In this document: piece by piece, positions 16,220 to 23,980 of the stretch
Layout: each line of letters begins with the position of its first letter
How positions within the stretch are numbered: position 1 is the first letter of the stretch
Virus record (IMG/VR): IMGVR_UViG_3300037751_000524
Span: 1-30,170 of that record
Strand: one strand, 5' to 3'
DNA: 30,170 bases
Source: a virus
Lineage: Duplodnaviria; Caudoviricetes
Made by a program: the position numbers and the translations under genes
The notes under the pieces: model-generated
What the model saw: only the letters and a program-made list of their open reading frames with translations
Told to the model about the DNA's origin: nothing
Database searches by the model: none

Positions 16220-17281
16220 CTATTTCTTTTTTGTTTTCGCGGCTTTGGCTGCCGGTTTGCTGTCAGACATTGCAGACAGGGTTTTTCGTTTGCGCAGTTT
16301 GGCGGCTTCGAGCTGCAGCACCTGGTCGCTCATGTGGGTGTAGATCTCGGTGGTGCGGATGTCCGAGTGGCCGAGCATGGTCTGCAGGCTGCGCAGGTTC
16401 ACCCCGCTGCTGACGGCGGCTGTGCCGAACGAGTGTCTTAATAGATGATTTCCCACCTGTTTGTCAAGCCCGGCCTTGCGTCCGGCGCGGGCGATCTCGC
16501 GCTTGATGTTGAGGTAGGGCTTTTCGGTCTGCGGGTTGATGAAGAGATAGTCAGCCGGGGCCTTGCCTTTGCAGGCTTCTTTCAGGGCGGCTTCCAGTTC
16601 GGCGCCGATGATCGGCATCTGCCTGATTTTGTGCATCTTGCCGGTGATGATCAGGGAGCGTCCGGCCAGATCGACCTGCTCGCGGGTAAGCTGCAGGGCT
16701 TCGTTGCGTCTCAGGCCGCACCAGGCCATGAGCTGGCCGATGGTGCGCTTGTCGCCCTGGAGCTGGCCGAGGAGGGCGTCGGCTTCGGGCGCGGTGAGCA
16801 CGGGCAGGCGCTTGGGCTGGCAGTATTTTTTTTCGAAGAGCTGAGGATCGGCGCCGGGCTGGTGGCCGTTGTCCCGGGCCCACGCCAGATAGGCGCGAAA
16901 GTAGGTCAACTCGATGTTGATGGTGCGCCGGCTGACGTTCTGCGCCAGGCGGTGGGCCTTGAACCGCTCGTAGTCGATCTGCCGCAGCAGGGTGAGGTGT
17001 TTGTCCCCCAGGTGGGGCAGCAGGCGTTTGAAGGCGCGGTCGCACTCCTCGACGGTCTTGGCCGCCCGGTGGATGGTGTACCAGTCGAGAAAGCGGCCGA
17101 GCAGGTCGACGACGCGGCAGTCGGTGCGCTCGGCGGGGATGCCGCGGACCTCGGCCTCGAAGGCCTTGGCCTCGGCTTCGGTCCCCTGGTAGGGGATGAC
17201 CCGCTGCGGGGCGCTGCGCCCCCGGCTGATGACGATCTGCCACCAGTCGGGGCCTTTGGTCGGGTGTTTGCGGATGGCCAT
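16220..17281 (-). CDS. int: Phage tyrosine integrase
   Basis: Catalytic motifs GLRRNEA, HLLRHSF, LGHSDIRTTEIYTH; adjacent to tRNA-derived att. Confidence 0.95.
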   Translation of the reverse strand: MAIRKHPTKGPDWWQIVISRGRSAPQRVIPYQGTEAEAKAFEAEVRGIPAERTDCRVVDLLGRFLDWYTIHRAAKTVEECDRAFKRLLPHLGDKHLTLLRQIDYERFKAHRLAQNVSRRTINIELTYFRAYLAWARDNGHQPGADPQLFEKKYCQPKRLPVLTAPEADALLGQLQGDKRTIGQLMAWCGLRRNEALQLTREQVDLAGRSLIITGKMHKIRQMPIIGAELEAALKEACKGKAPADYLFINPQTEKPYLNIKREIARAGRKAGLDKQVGNHLLRHSFGTAAVSSGVNLRSLQTMLGHSDIRTTEIYTHMSDQVLQLEAAKLRKRKTLSAMSDSKPAAKAAKTKKK

Positions 17282-17282
17282 G
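17218..17282. repeat. 65-bp direct repeat, copy 1 (integrase 5' end)
   Basis: 63/65 identical to 18112-18176. Confidence 0.95.
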
Positions 17283-17323
17283 AATTTATTTTTGCCTCAA
17301 TGCGTTTTTTTTACATTTCCCTG

Positions 17324-17351
17324 TTGACACCGGTTCTAGTAGTGGTACTAT
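17324..17351 (+). promoter_or_regulatory. Sigma70-type promoter of the moron
   Basis: TTGACA-16 nt-TACTAT with TGn extension; enclosed by inverted repeat TCCCTGTTG/CAACAGGGA. Confidence 0.75.
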
Positions 17352-17390
17352 ATACACAACAGGGAGCAACAAACAAAACAGGAGGACAAA

Positions 17391-17657
17391 ATGGCACTCA
17401 GCGGACTCGAAATCGCACGGATGGCAGCAGAATTCAAAAACAGCCCGGCCCCCGCTAAGCCCGCCGCTGCTAAACCCGCGGGCCGCGTGAAAGTCGTCGC
17501 CGGCACCAAAAAAATTGGTGACACGATCAACGGCCACACGATAACCGGTTTTGGCAAAACATGGAGCCAGTTCATCGCCGACCATGAAACCTCGGCATGG
17601 GGCCTCGCCCCAGGCAAAAACTACCGCCTCGATGTTCAGTACGCCTATTTCAACTAA
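17391..17657 (+). CDS. Hypothetical protein (moron gene 1)
   Basis: RBS AGGAGG, 88 aa. Confidence 0.75.
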   Translation: MALSGLEIARMAAEFKNSPAPAKPAAAKPAGRVKVVAGTKKIGDTINGHTITGFGKTWSQFIADHETSAWGLAPGKNYRLDVQYAYFN

Positions 17658-17670
17658 CCAGGAGGAACAC

Positions 17671-17847
17671 ATGACAAAAGGAATCTACAAGCTGACCGAC
17701 GATTTCCAGGTTGTCCAGTACTCTGGGGAGTACGTCAGAGACATCAATTTTACCCCCGATGACAGGCGGTTCCCAGATGTCGCAATCTGCCGGGTGTTTT
17801 CAAGCCGCGAGGATGCAAAAAAGATACTCTCCGCGCTGCAGGCCTAA
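17671..17847 (+). CDS. Hypothetical protein (moron gene 2)
   Basis: RBS AGGAGG before ATG 17671, 58 aa. Confidence 0.7.
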   Translation: MTKGIYKLTDDFQVVQYSGEYVRDINFTPDDRRFPDVAICRVFSSREDAKKILSALQA

Positions 17848-17894
17848 ATCACAAAGCGCCAAGCCCCCGGCCTTGTAGGGGGCAAGGAGAACAC

Positions 17895-18047
17895 ATGGCC
17901 CGCAGCTCTCACCGCAAGCAAATCAACATCACCGCCCCGTCTCTGACCCACCAGCAGTTGCGGGAGTTGGCCGACAAGCTCGGATTGTCAATGGCGGGGG
18001 TGATCGCCCTGGCTCTTGACCGCCTGCACCAAGCGACATTCCGCTAA
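17895..18047 (+). CDS. Ribbon-helix-helix (CopG/Arc-like) protein
   Basis: Manual translation MARSSHRKQINITAPSLTHQQLRELADKLGLSMAGVIALALDRLHQATFR; RBS AAGGAG. Confidence 0.75.
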   Translation: MARSSHRKQINITAPSLTHQQLRELADKLGLSMAGVIALALDRLHQATFR

Positions 18048-18052
18048 ATCCT

Positions 18053-18077
18053 AGCCCCGTTCACGCGGGGCTTTTTT
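18053..18077 (+). terminator. Rho-independent terminator
   Basis: AGCCCCGT-TCAC-GCGGGGCT followed by T-run. Confidence 0.85.
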
Positions 18078-18079
18078 GT

Positions 18080-18175
18080 TTATTTTTTGAAGATTTTAGC
18101 CATTGATTTATGCCCCCGGCTGATGACGATCTGCCACCAGCCGGGGCCTTTGGTCGGGTGTTTGCGGATGGACAT
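18080..18175 (-). pseudogene. Truncated duplicate of integrase N-terminus (31 aa); contains repeat copy 2 (18112-18176)
   Basis: MSIRKHPTKGPGWWQIVISRGHKSMAKIFKK* versus Int MAIRKHPTKGPDWWQIVISRG. Confidence 0.8.
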
Positions 18176-18177
18176 GG

Positions 18178-18609
18178 TTATAGAAACGTCAAGTCAATCA
18201 GTTGCCACCTGTCGCCCCCGGTGTGCTTCAACTTGCATTTGAAGTGGCTCCTTATCTGGGCGCCAAAGCCGTTCTGTGCGTCGACGTAGCCGGACACTTC
18301 CCATCCGTCGACCATGTCGTAGGCCTGGAACTGGCCTGACGAGGGAAATTTGGCCGTGGAGGGGGCCTTGAGGTTTTGTTTTACAAATACCTGCGACATT
18401 AAAATGGCGTCAAGTCGGCTTGGCTCTTTGGGTGCCGGGGGATCGTCGCTGAAAATACCAACGAGAAGGGCGAGAATAAACATCACCAGAAGGAACCCTC
18501 CGCACCCAAGTTTCTGGTGAAGGAGCGGGAGTTTTGCCCCGCAATGGGGGCAGGCCTTCGCATCCGTGCTGAATTCTTTCTGGCAGTCCTTGCATTTTAT
18601 CAAAGCCAT
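18178..18609 (-). CDS. Zinc-ribbon, single-TM membrane protein in the repressor operon
   Basis: CKDC...CPHCG, TM FLLVMFILALLVGIF, periplasmic-type domain LKAPSTAKF...VDAQNGFGA. Confidence 0.8.
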   Translation of the reverse strand: MALIKCKDCQKEFSTDAKACPHCGAKLPLLHQKLGCGGFLLVMFILALLVGIFSDDPPAPKEPSRLDAILMSQVFVKQNLKAPSTAKFPSSGQFQAYDMVDGWEVSGYVDAQNGFGAQIRSHFKCKLKHTGGDRWQLIDLTFL

Positions 18610-18656
18610 TTTTCACCCTCCCTCAATAATTACCCTCCACCCCAGCCGCCTCATCT

Positions 18657-19064
18657 CTATGCGGAGTTCTGCGCCTGTGAGATTTCCCCCTCGCCTCCGC
18701 CTGCCTGATATTCTTTCGCGCTGTTCTCCAGCATGGTCAGGGCCGCCCGCCTGATCTCTTCGCTGGCGTGGTGCCAGGCGTCGAGCAGACGCTGTTCTTC
18801 GCCGCTGATCCGGCTGCCCGTGTATCCCTCAAGCGCTTCGCGGCCCTCTTCCCCTCGCGCGTCAACGTGGCCAGTTAAAAGCCATCCGACATTTACACCC
18901 AACGCAGTGGCAAGTTTCGAAATCGTATCCGCTCGAGGGTTCGGCGTCTCTCCATTAATAATTAAAGAGATCCTTCCCTGGCCAACGCCCGATTTCCGCG
19001 CAAGGTCGGCAGGTTTTAGGCCTGCGGAATTTAAAGCTTTTTGTACCCTCTCACCAATGGTCAC
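18657..19064 (-). CDS. CI-like XRE helix-turn-helix repressor
   Basis: LKPADLARKSGVGQGRISLIINGETPNPRADTISKLATALGVNVGWLLTG; divergent from early genes; no S24 peptidase domain. Confidence 0.88.
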   Translation of the reverse strand: MTIGERVQKALNSAGLKPADLARKSGVGQGRISLIINGETPNPRADTISKLATALGVNVGWLLTGHVDARGEEGREALEGYTGSRISGEEQRLLDAWHHASEEIRRAALTMLENSAKEYQAGGGEGEISQAQNSA

Positions 19065-19095
19065 TAAAAAACTTTCGAAAAAGTAAATTTTAAGG

Positions 19096-19124
19096 TTGAC
19101 AGTCTTACGAATTCGAATTATAAG
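19096..19124 (+). promoter_or_regulatory. Rightward early promoter with TTCGAA-centred palindromes (possible operators)
   Basis: TTGACA-17 nt-TATAAG; ATTCGAAT in the spacer, TTTCGAAA at 19073. Confidence 0.6.
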
Positions 19125-19172
19125 TTAACCATAGTTCAAACACACCGAGCAAGAAACCCGAAGGAGGTCCAG

Positions 19173-19298
19173 ATGGCAGCATGGCGGCAGTTCATCAGCG
19201 AAGTCTGCGACAGCCCCGAGACCGAACGATTCGTGCAGTCACTTGCCGGTTTCGCTTTTGGCGAACAGGCCGGTGACGATGGACGAAAGGACGGCTGA
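19173..19298 (+). CDS. Small hypothetical protein (41 aa)
   Basis: Strong RBS AAGGAGGT downstream of the promoter; overlaps a minus-strand ORF. Confidence 0.35.
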   Translation: MAAWRQFISEVCDSPETERFVQSLAGFAFGEQAGDDGRKDG

Positions 19299-19472
19299 GG
19301 GGTCGGCAGCAATCTCGGCCAGCAGTTTCTCGGCCTGTTCGGCGGGGACCTGCTGGCCGAGGCTGGCGGCCACGTTCGGACTCATGTTTTCCAGTGCCCA
19401 GTTGAGGATGTCTTTTTCTGATCGGGGTGAAAACGAGGCGAATGCTTTGGCCATGATTTCGAGACGGGTCAT
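19239..19472 (-). CDS. Hypothetical protein
   Basis: RBS GGAGGA on minus strand, plausible helical 77 aa. Confidence 0.5.
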   Translation of the reverse strand: MTRLEIMAKAFASFSPRSEKDILNWALENMSPNVAASLGQQVPAEQAEKLLAEIAADPSAVLSSIVTGLFAKSETGK

Positions 19473-19536
19473 GGGGGTTCCTCCGGTTTCTTATTTTTAA
19501 CCATAGTGACATTAGCAAAAACGAAAGGATAAGCAA

Positions 19537-19800
19537 ATGAAAATCAACTCTCCGGCCAGTCGGCAGAAAATCCGCGAGCGCTACGGCAGTGTGCGGGAGT
19601 TCGCGCGGCAGTGCCAGGAGCCGTTCGGCATGACCGAACTGGATGTCTCTTACAACATGATCGGCAAGGTGTTGACCGGCGCGTTGGGCGGACAGGAGCG
19701 CCGGGCGTCGATCCCCCGGGCAATCCGACTGCGCCTGGAGCGCGAGGGCCTGCTGGTCTTCGAGCCGGACGGCGAGACCGACGCGGCGGCGAACGGGTAA
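19537..19800 (+). CDS. Cro/Ner-like DNA-binding protein
   Basis: KIRERYGSVREFARQ...SYNMIGKVLTG HTH-like; divergent from repressor. Confidence 0.6.
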   Translation: MKINSPASRQKIRERYGSVREFARQCQEPFGMTELDVSYNMIGKVLTGALGGQERRASIPRAIRLRLEREGLLVFEPDGETDAAANG

Positions 19801-19841
19801 GTGCATTCTAACAGTCCTGCGGAAAAGTCAAGGAGCCACCC

Positions 19842-19973
19842 ATGCGCCTCACCACTATCCTCTTTATGCTGATCGTTCTGGCCACTGCCGGCTTTGTCGG
19901 TGTGACCTGCTTCACGGCGGTCTCGGCGTGCAGCGAGCGGTTGACCTGTGCGCTTCAGGTTGTGGAGGGCTGA
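19842..19973 (+). CDS. Small hydrophobic peptide
   Basis: RBS AAGGAG; MRLTTILFMLIVLATAGFVGVTCF. Confidence 0.45.
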   Translation: MRLTTILFMLIVLATAGFVGVTCFTAVSACSERLTCALQVVEG

Positions 19974-19976
19974 GCG

Positions 19977-20261
19977 ATGGGAGCGAAAACGGAGTCAAAG
20001 GTGGCTGAGCGGTTTGAGGAGTGTCTCCGCGAGACAATCGCCCAGGCGGAGCAAACCGCCACCCTGTACCGGGCCACAGCCGGGATCCCCATCCAGGGGA
20101 TGATGGATCAGTTGCTCGGCATCCAGCGCGCCATGTACGCGCTCGTCCCTTATAACTCGCCCTCGTGGCCTGCCGTGGAGGCGCTGCACGACCGCTACTG
20201 GCAGCAGGCCTGTGAAACACGGGATCGGCTTCTGCGGGCTCTGCGCGAGGAGGGGGCGTGA
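19977..20261 (+). CDS. Hypothetical early protein
   Basis: Tight operon packing, RBS GGAGGG. Confidence 0.6.
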   Translation: MGAKTESKVAERFEECLRETIAQAEQTATLYRATAGIPIQGMMDQLLGIQRAMYALVPYNSPSWPAVEALHDRYWQQACETRDRLLRALREEGA

Positions 20262-20455
20262 TCCTCTCCCCCGCCGACATCCACGCCATCGCCGCCGAGG
20301 TGGTCCGGCTGCTCAACGGCCAGACGACCCGTCGCGAGCGGGCGGACGAGGGAGCGGCCCCGCTGCCGGGCAGTTTTCGGGACCGCTGCCGGGACGCCCT
20401 GGAGCGGGAGACCGCCAACGCGGCAAAGACGCGCCGCCGCAAGGGGCTGCGATGA
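20258..20455 (+). CDS. Hypothetical early protein
   Basis: GTGA overlap; ADIHAIAAEVVRLL. Confidence 0.55.
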   Translation: MILSPADIHAIAAEVVRLLNGQTTRRERADEGAAPLPGSFRDRCRDALERETANAAKTRRRKGLR

Positions 20456-20559
20456 TCGGGATACTGTGCATGGTTGGGCTGCTGGCGCTGGTCTGGATCG
20501 GGCTGTTGTGCTGGGATTTCCGGCGCTTAAAGTCGGGTAGAGACGGCGGGCATTTTTAA
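20452..20559 (+). CDS. Small TM peptide
   Basis: ATGA overlap; MIGILCMVGLLALVWIGLLCW. Confidence 0.4.
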   Translation: MIGILCMVGLLALVWIGLLCWDFRRLKSGRDGGHF

Positions 20560-20641
20560 AAAAGGGGATGGGCCGCCCCTGGGCACACCCCGGCCATGTT
20601 AATGCGTTTACCATGTAGTTTTTGATTGTCAAGGAGCGGAT

Positions 20642-20932
20642 ATGCAATTAGCGACGGTGTTAAACCTGATCCGCTGTGAAGCGGAGCGCCAGCAGCAGAT
20701 TGGCAAACACCTGCAATTTACGCAGGTCGACCAGGTGGTGGCCCGGCAGATGATTGAAAACATCGCCGTGCTGTTGAATATGGTCACCACCTGCCCGGTG
20801 GAAGATTTGCAGGTCATGAGCGATTTCGCCACGCGGTGCCAGTCGCACCGCTTCCTGAAAAAGCACTGCGGCGGCTGCGAGGAGTACGATCGAGTCAATC
20901 AATGCCCGGTAGGCAGCGGAGTTCCGCTGTGA
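20642..20932 (+). CDS. Hypothetical Cys-containing protein
   Basis: RBS AAGGAG, 96 aa. Confidence 0.6.
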   Translation: MQLATVLNLIRCEAERQQQIGKHLQFTQVDQVVARQMIENIAVLLNMVTTCPVEDLQVMSDFATRCQSHRFLKKHCGGCEEYDRVNQCPVGSGVPL

Positions 20933-21147
20933 GCCGGGCGTTTCTGTATGTGCGGCTGCGCTACCTGCTGGCGTTGGCGGCGCTCAGCGTCTATCAGTTC
21001 CTGTTTACCCGCTGGGTGCGGCTGTGGCTGTCGTGGCACTACCAGCGGATAGAGGTGGTCGCGTTGGTAGCGGGGGCTTTGTGCCTGTTGGCTTACGTGC
21101 TGGTGATGGGCTGGCTGTGCTTTTCGGTCTGGCCGTACGGGAGGTGA
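20929..21147 (+). CDS. Small two-TM membrane protein
   Basis: GTGA overlap; two hydrophobic segments. Confidence 0.5.
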   Translation: MSRAFLYVRLRYLLALAALSVYQFLFTRWVRLWLSWHYQRIEVVALVAGALCLLAYVLVMGWLCFSVWPYGR

Positions 21148-21150
21148 GCG

Positions 21151-21264
21151 ATGAAGGGTTGGCTGCTGGTGCTGGCGATTGTGCTGCTGTATGGGGTTGT
21201 GGGCGCGCTGGATTGCGCCCAGTTCGACCAGGGCGTGGTTTCTGTGGCGAAGGTGGGCAAATGA
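21151..21264 (+). CDS. Small TM peptide
   Basis: RBS GGAGGT; MKGWLLVLAIVLLYGVVGALD. Confidence 0.5.
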   Translation: MKGWLLVLAIVLLYGVVGALDCAQFDQGVVSVAKVGK

Positions 21265-21413
21265 GCGAGCGCAACCAGGAGAGGCTTTTGACCGACGAGA
21301 CGCCCTGCTTTGGGTGTCCGAACCTGCAGCGGGTGGAGTCGGTAGCGGGGGCGAAGGTGATGGTCCACTGCAGCGGGCAGTGTCCGGAGGTAGCGGCGCA
21401 GGTGTCCGAATGA
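21261..21413 (+). CDS. Small Cys-rich protein
   Basis: ATGA overlap; CFGC...CSGQC. Confidence 0.45.
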   Translation: MSERNQERLLTDETPCFGCPNLQRVESVAGAKVMVHCSGQCPEVAAQVSE

Positions 21414-21637
21414 GCGCGTACGGCTGTCTGATCTGTCCGCCGCTGCGGCGGGAGCTCTGTCTGGTCCCCTGTACGCCGGAGATCGCCGAGGCCCGGGCGA
21501 AGAGACACCAGGAAGTCGAAGAGACGGAGCTGCGCTTCACCCCTCCGGTGAGGCCGGCCAGGGAGTTGAAGCCGTTTTACCGCGACGGGGTGGTGGCTCG
21601 CTCGATCCGACACGAGACGGTCGACAAGTTAAGATAG
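21410..21637 (+). CDS. Hypothetical protein
   Basis: ATGA overlap, 75 aa. Confidence 0.45.
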   Translation: MSAYGCLICPPLRRELCLVPCTPEIAEARAKRHQEVEETELRFTPPVRPARELKPFYRDGVVARSIRHETVDKLR

Positions 21638-21701
21638 TTTCCCTGCCCGGCGCGCGGCTCCTCCTCCTGCCGCGCGCCGGGAATTTTTCACGGGTGATGA
21701 G

Positions 21702-22520
21702 ATGACGGCTGATGCTGCCGAAAAATGGCTGGAAGAGAACGCGATCCGCTGCGAGCGCTTTGAACTGCGCATCTCGCCGCATACCTGCCAGACCTACCAG
21801 CGGGAGTGGCCAATCCGGTGTCAGGGGTGCGCGGTGGCCGGGGTGACCGGACCGCTACCGGTGGCAGAGGCACCGAAAGGCTGGCGGCGCGGCGTCAGGA
21901 TCAAGGCGAAGCACGGGACGAGCCCCTATCCGACGCATTACCAACCAAAGGGAGACGAAGTCGTGGCCAAAATTGCACTGTGCGCCTGCGGGTGTGGCAA
22001 GAAGGGGAAGATTTTGGCGCGCGGGCTGCTGGCGAGCTGCTACGAGAAGGCGCGGAAGGAGGGGAAGCGCGATCAGTTCCCGACCACGATCAAGACGGCC
22101 GGCCATCTTCCTGCCGCCGGGAAAATGGCCGGTGCGGCGCCGTCGGTGGGTGAGATGCTGGCGCCGGAGATGGACCCGGGGCTGAACGATCCGCCGCTGA
22201 TCGAGTCGCCCCGGGCGGCTGAGCACAAGAGACTGCCCGGGGCAGGATATGACGCCTCCGTTTTTGCCCAGGCGCTGGATGCCGTCCTGGGTGACGTCCG
22301 CAAGACCCTGCTGGCCAAGAATGCCGCCTACGGGGACAGCGCGCTGAACCCGGTGCGGATATTCAGCAAGGCCGATCCAGTCGAGCAGCTGCGGGTGCGC
22401 ATTGACGATAAGCTGAGCCGGCTGATACGCGGGCAGGACACGGGTGAGGACACGGAGGGCGACCTTCTGGGTTACCTCATGCTGCTGCGGGTGGCGAATC
22501 GGCGGAGTGGCCATGTCTGA
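21702..22520 (+). CDS. Protein with Cys-rich N-terminus and C-terminal DUF1599/nucleotide-modification-associated-like domain
   Basis: LLAKNAAYGDSALNPVRIFSKAD...RVRIDDKLSRL...DTEGDLLGYLMLL. Confidence 0.65.
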   Translation: MTADAAEKWLEENAIRCERFELRISPHTCQTYQREWPIRCQGCAVAGVTGPLPVAEAPKGWRRGVRIKAKHGTSPYPTHYQPKGDEVVAKIALCACGCGKKGKILARGLLASCYEKARKEGKRDQFPTTIKTAGHLPAAGKMAGAAPSVGEMLAPEMDPGLNDPPLIESPRAAEHKRLPGAGYDASVFAQALDAVLGDVRKTLLAKNAAYGDSALNPVRIFSKADPVEQLRVRIDDKLSRLIRGQDTGEDTEGDLLGYLMLLRVANRRSGHV

Positions 22521-22704
22521 CGTGGTCGACGCGGTAGCGGTGGTGCAGGTGAGGGAGCGCGACGCCCTGGTGATCCAGTACCTAGCGGACTGTGGCGCCT
22601 GCGGGCGGCCGCTGTGGCGTCGGGCGTCGTTTCGGACGGTCCCTGTCGATTATATCGTCTGCGAGAATTGTCGGACGATAAATATGGTGAGGAGGCCGAA
22701 GTGA
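22513..22704 (+). CDS. Zinc-ribbon protein
   Basis: CGACG...CENC. Confidence 0.55.
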   Translation: MSDVVDAVAVVQVRERDALVIQYLADCGACGRPLWRRASFRTVPVDYIVCENCRTINMVRRPK

Positions 22705-22790
22705 TGACCTGCCCCGACTGCGGCTGTGCTTGCCGTCCGCAAGGCCGCTGCTGGTATTGCCCGGCGTGCGGCTGGAGCGTGTGCCAATGA
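22704..22790 (+). CDS. 28-aa zinc-ribbon peptide
   Basis: MTCPDCGCACRPQGRCWYCPACGWSVCQ; coupled at both ends (TGATG, ATGA). Confidence 0.5.
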   Translation: MTCPDCGCACRPQGRCWYCPACGWSVCQ

Positions 22791-22975
22791 TCAGCACCGA
22801 CTGCCCGACCTGTAAGGTCTGCCACCTCTGCCCGCCACGGCAGAAGGCGAAGCATAACCGGGAGGCGGTCGTCGCCTGGGCCAACGATAGAGCTACGCCG
22901 GAGTGCCCGTTTTATGCGGAGCGCACCTACCACGGCATTGATGGGGTGTTCGATTACAGGGAGTGCCGAGTATGA
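22787..22975 (+). CDS. Small Cys-rich protein
   Basis: CPTCKVCHLC; ATGA overlaps at both ends. Confidence 0.5.
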   Translation: MISTDCPTCKVCHLCPPRQKAKHNREAVVAWANDRATPECPFYAERTYHGIDGVFDYRECRV

Positions 22976-23730
22976 TCAGCGGGAAACTGGAAGGGTTCAA
23001 GGAAGCATTGCAGGGTTTGGGCGAACTCCAGAAGAAAATGCCGTCAATCGCCGCGAGGACTTTAACCACACTGGCGTATGACGCGAAGAAGGAAGTTGAG
23101 GGCTGGCTGCCGCGTGTATTAGATCGCCCAACGCCATACACGATGAGAAGCCTGTTTGTTTTCCAGGCGGAGAAGAACGATCTGCGGGCGGCAGTTGCTT
23201 TCAGGAGCGAGTTTGGCAAGATGCCGCGCACGATGATGGACTCTATAGAGGCGTCGCGCTCAATGCGTGTTCAGGTGTTCGGAGGGGCGAGGCGGCACAA
23301 GGCGAGTGAACGGACGCTTCTGTCCAACGGGATCACCACCACGAGCCGGTCCTACCTGGTCCCGGCCAAAGGGGCGCAGCGGGACGCCTACGGCAACGTA
23401 CCCGGCTCCTTTATGAACAAGGTGTTATTCCAGGGAGTGAAGCGTGGCTCAGCGTCTCAGGGTTATCACCGCCCATTGAACAACCGAGGCCAGCACGAAG
23501 CCAAGAGGAAGGGTCAATATTTCGTGATGCGGCGTGATGGAGTAGCTCGCGGCATTTACCAGAACATGGGCAAGAAGGCTCCGCCACTCCCGGTCTTTCT
23601 TTTTGCTGAAAAGGCCCAGTATAAAAAGCGGGTTTCTTTTTATGCCATAGCTCAAGCGGTGATCAACCGAAACTGGCAGAAAAGGTTCAATGAGTCGTAT
23701 GACGTGGTGGCCGCGAAGTATCTACGCTGA
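22972..23730 (+). CDS. Conserved basic phage protein (possibly tail-completion/gpZ-like)
   Basis: AARTLTTLA...LDRPTPYTMRS...DAYGNVP motifs recalled from phage proteins lying just before cos. Confidence 0.6.
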   Translation: MISGKLEGFKEALQGLGELQKKMPSIAARTLTTLAYDAKKEVEGWLPRVLDRPTPYTMRSLFVFQAEKNDLRAAVAFRSEFGKMPRTMMDSIEASRSMRVQVFGGARRHKASERTLLSNGITTTSRSYLVPAKGAQRDAYGNVPGSFMNKVLFQGVKRGSASQGYHRPLNNRGQHEAKRKGQYFVMRRDGVARGIYQNMGKKAPPLPVFLFAEKAQYKKRVSFYAIAQAVINRNWQKRFNESYDVVAAKYLR

Positions 23731-23824
23731 ACTCCCCCGCACCCCCTCTGTTCACGGGTCGGTCAGTAGATGTAGTAGCCATCGCGGCCAGCCGAGGATA
23801 GGGAGTGAAGGCCGCGATGGTCGT

Positions 23825-23868
23825 GGGTCCTTCCACAGCCCCTCATGATACGGGTAGTTCAAACCCCG
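23825..23868 (+). other. Putative lambda-like cos site (cosQ/cosN)
   Basis: GGGTCCTTCC...TACGGGTAGTTCAAACCCCG resembles lambda cosQ GGGTCCT followed by TTACG|GGGCGG; intergenic. Confidence 0.5.
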
Positions 23869-23980
23869 GTTTGTGAGTCCATTTAATTTTTTGCTTTCTG
23901 CTGGAAGAATGGAATATTTCGTTGATTTCCGGCTATTTATGGCCGATTTACCAGAAATGTTATAACGGGCAGAAGGGCAG

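Noticed and set aside
16132-16441. 93-aa ORFs over the att region
   Set aside because: Translations of antisense tRNA sequence (MVGTAGFEPATP), a well-known spurious call
16220-17281. Integrase as an integron integrase (IntI)
   Set aside because: Only about 25 aa lie between the catalytic Lys region and the YLF patch, so the IntI-specific insertion appears absent; the gene is paired with a tRNA attP
16445-17458. 337-aa ORF antisense to the integrase
   Set aside because: Shadow frame with no recognisable motif or RBS
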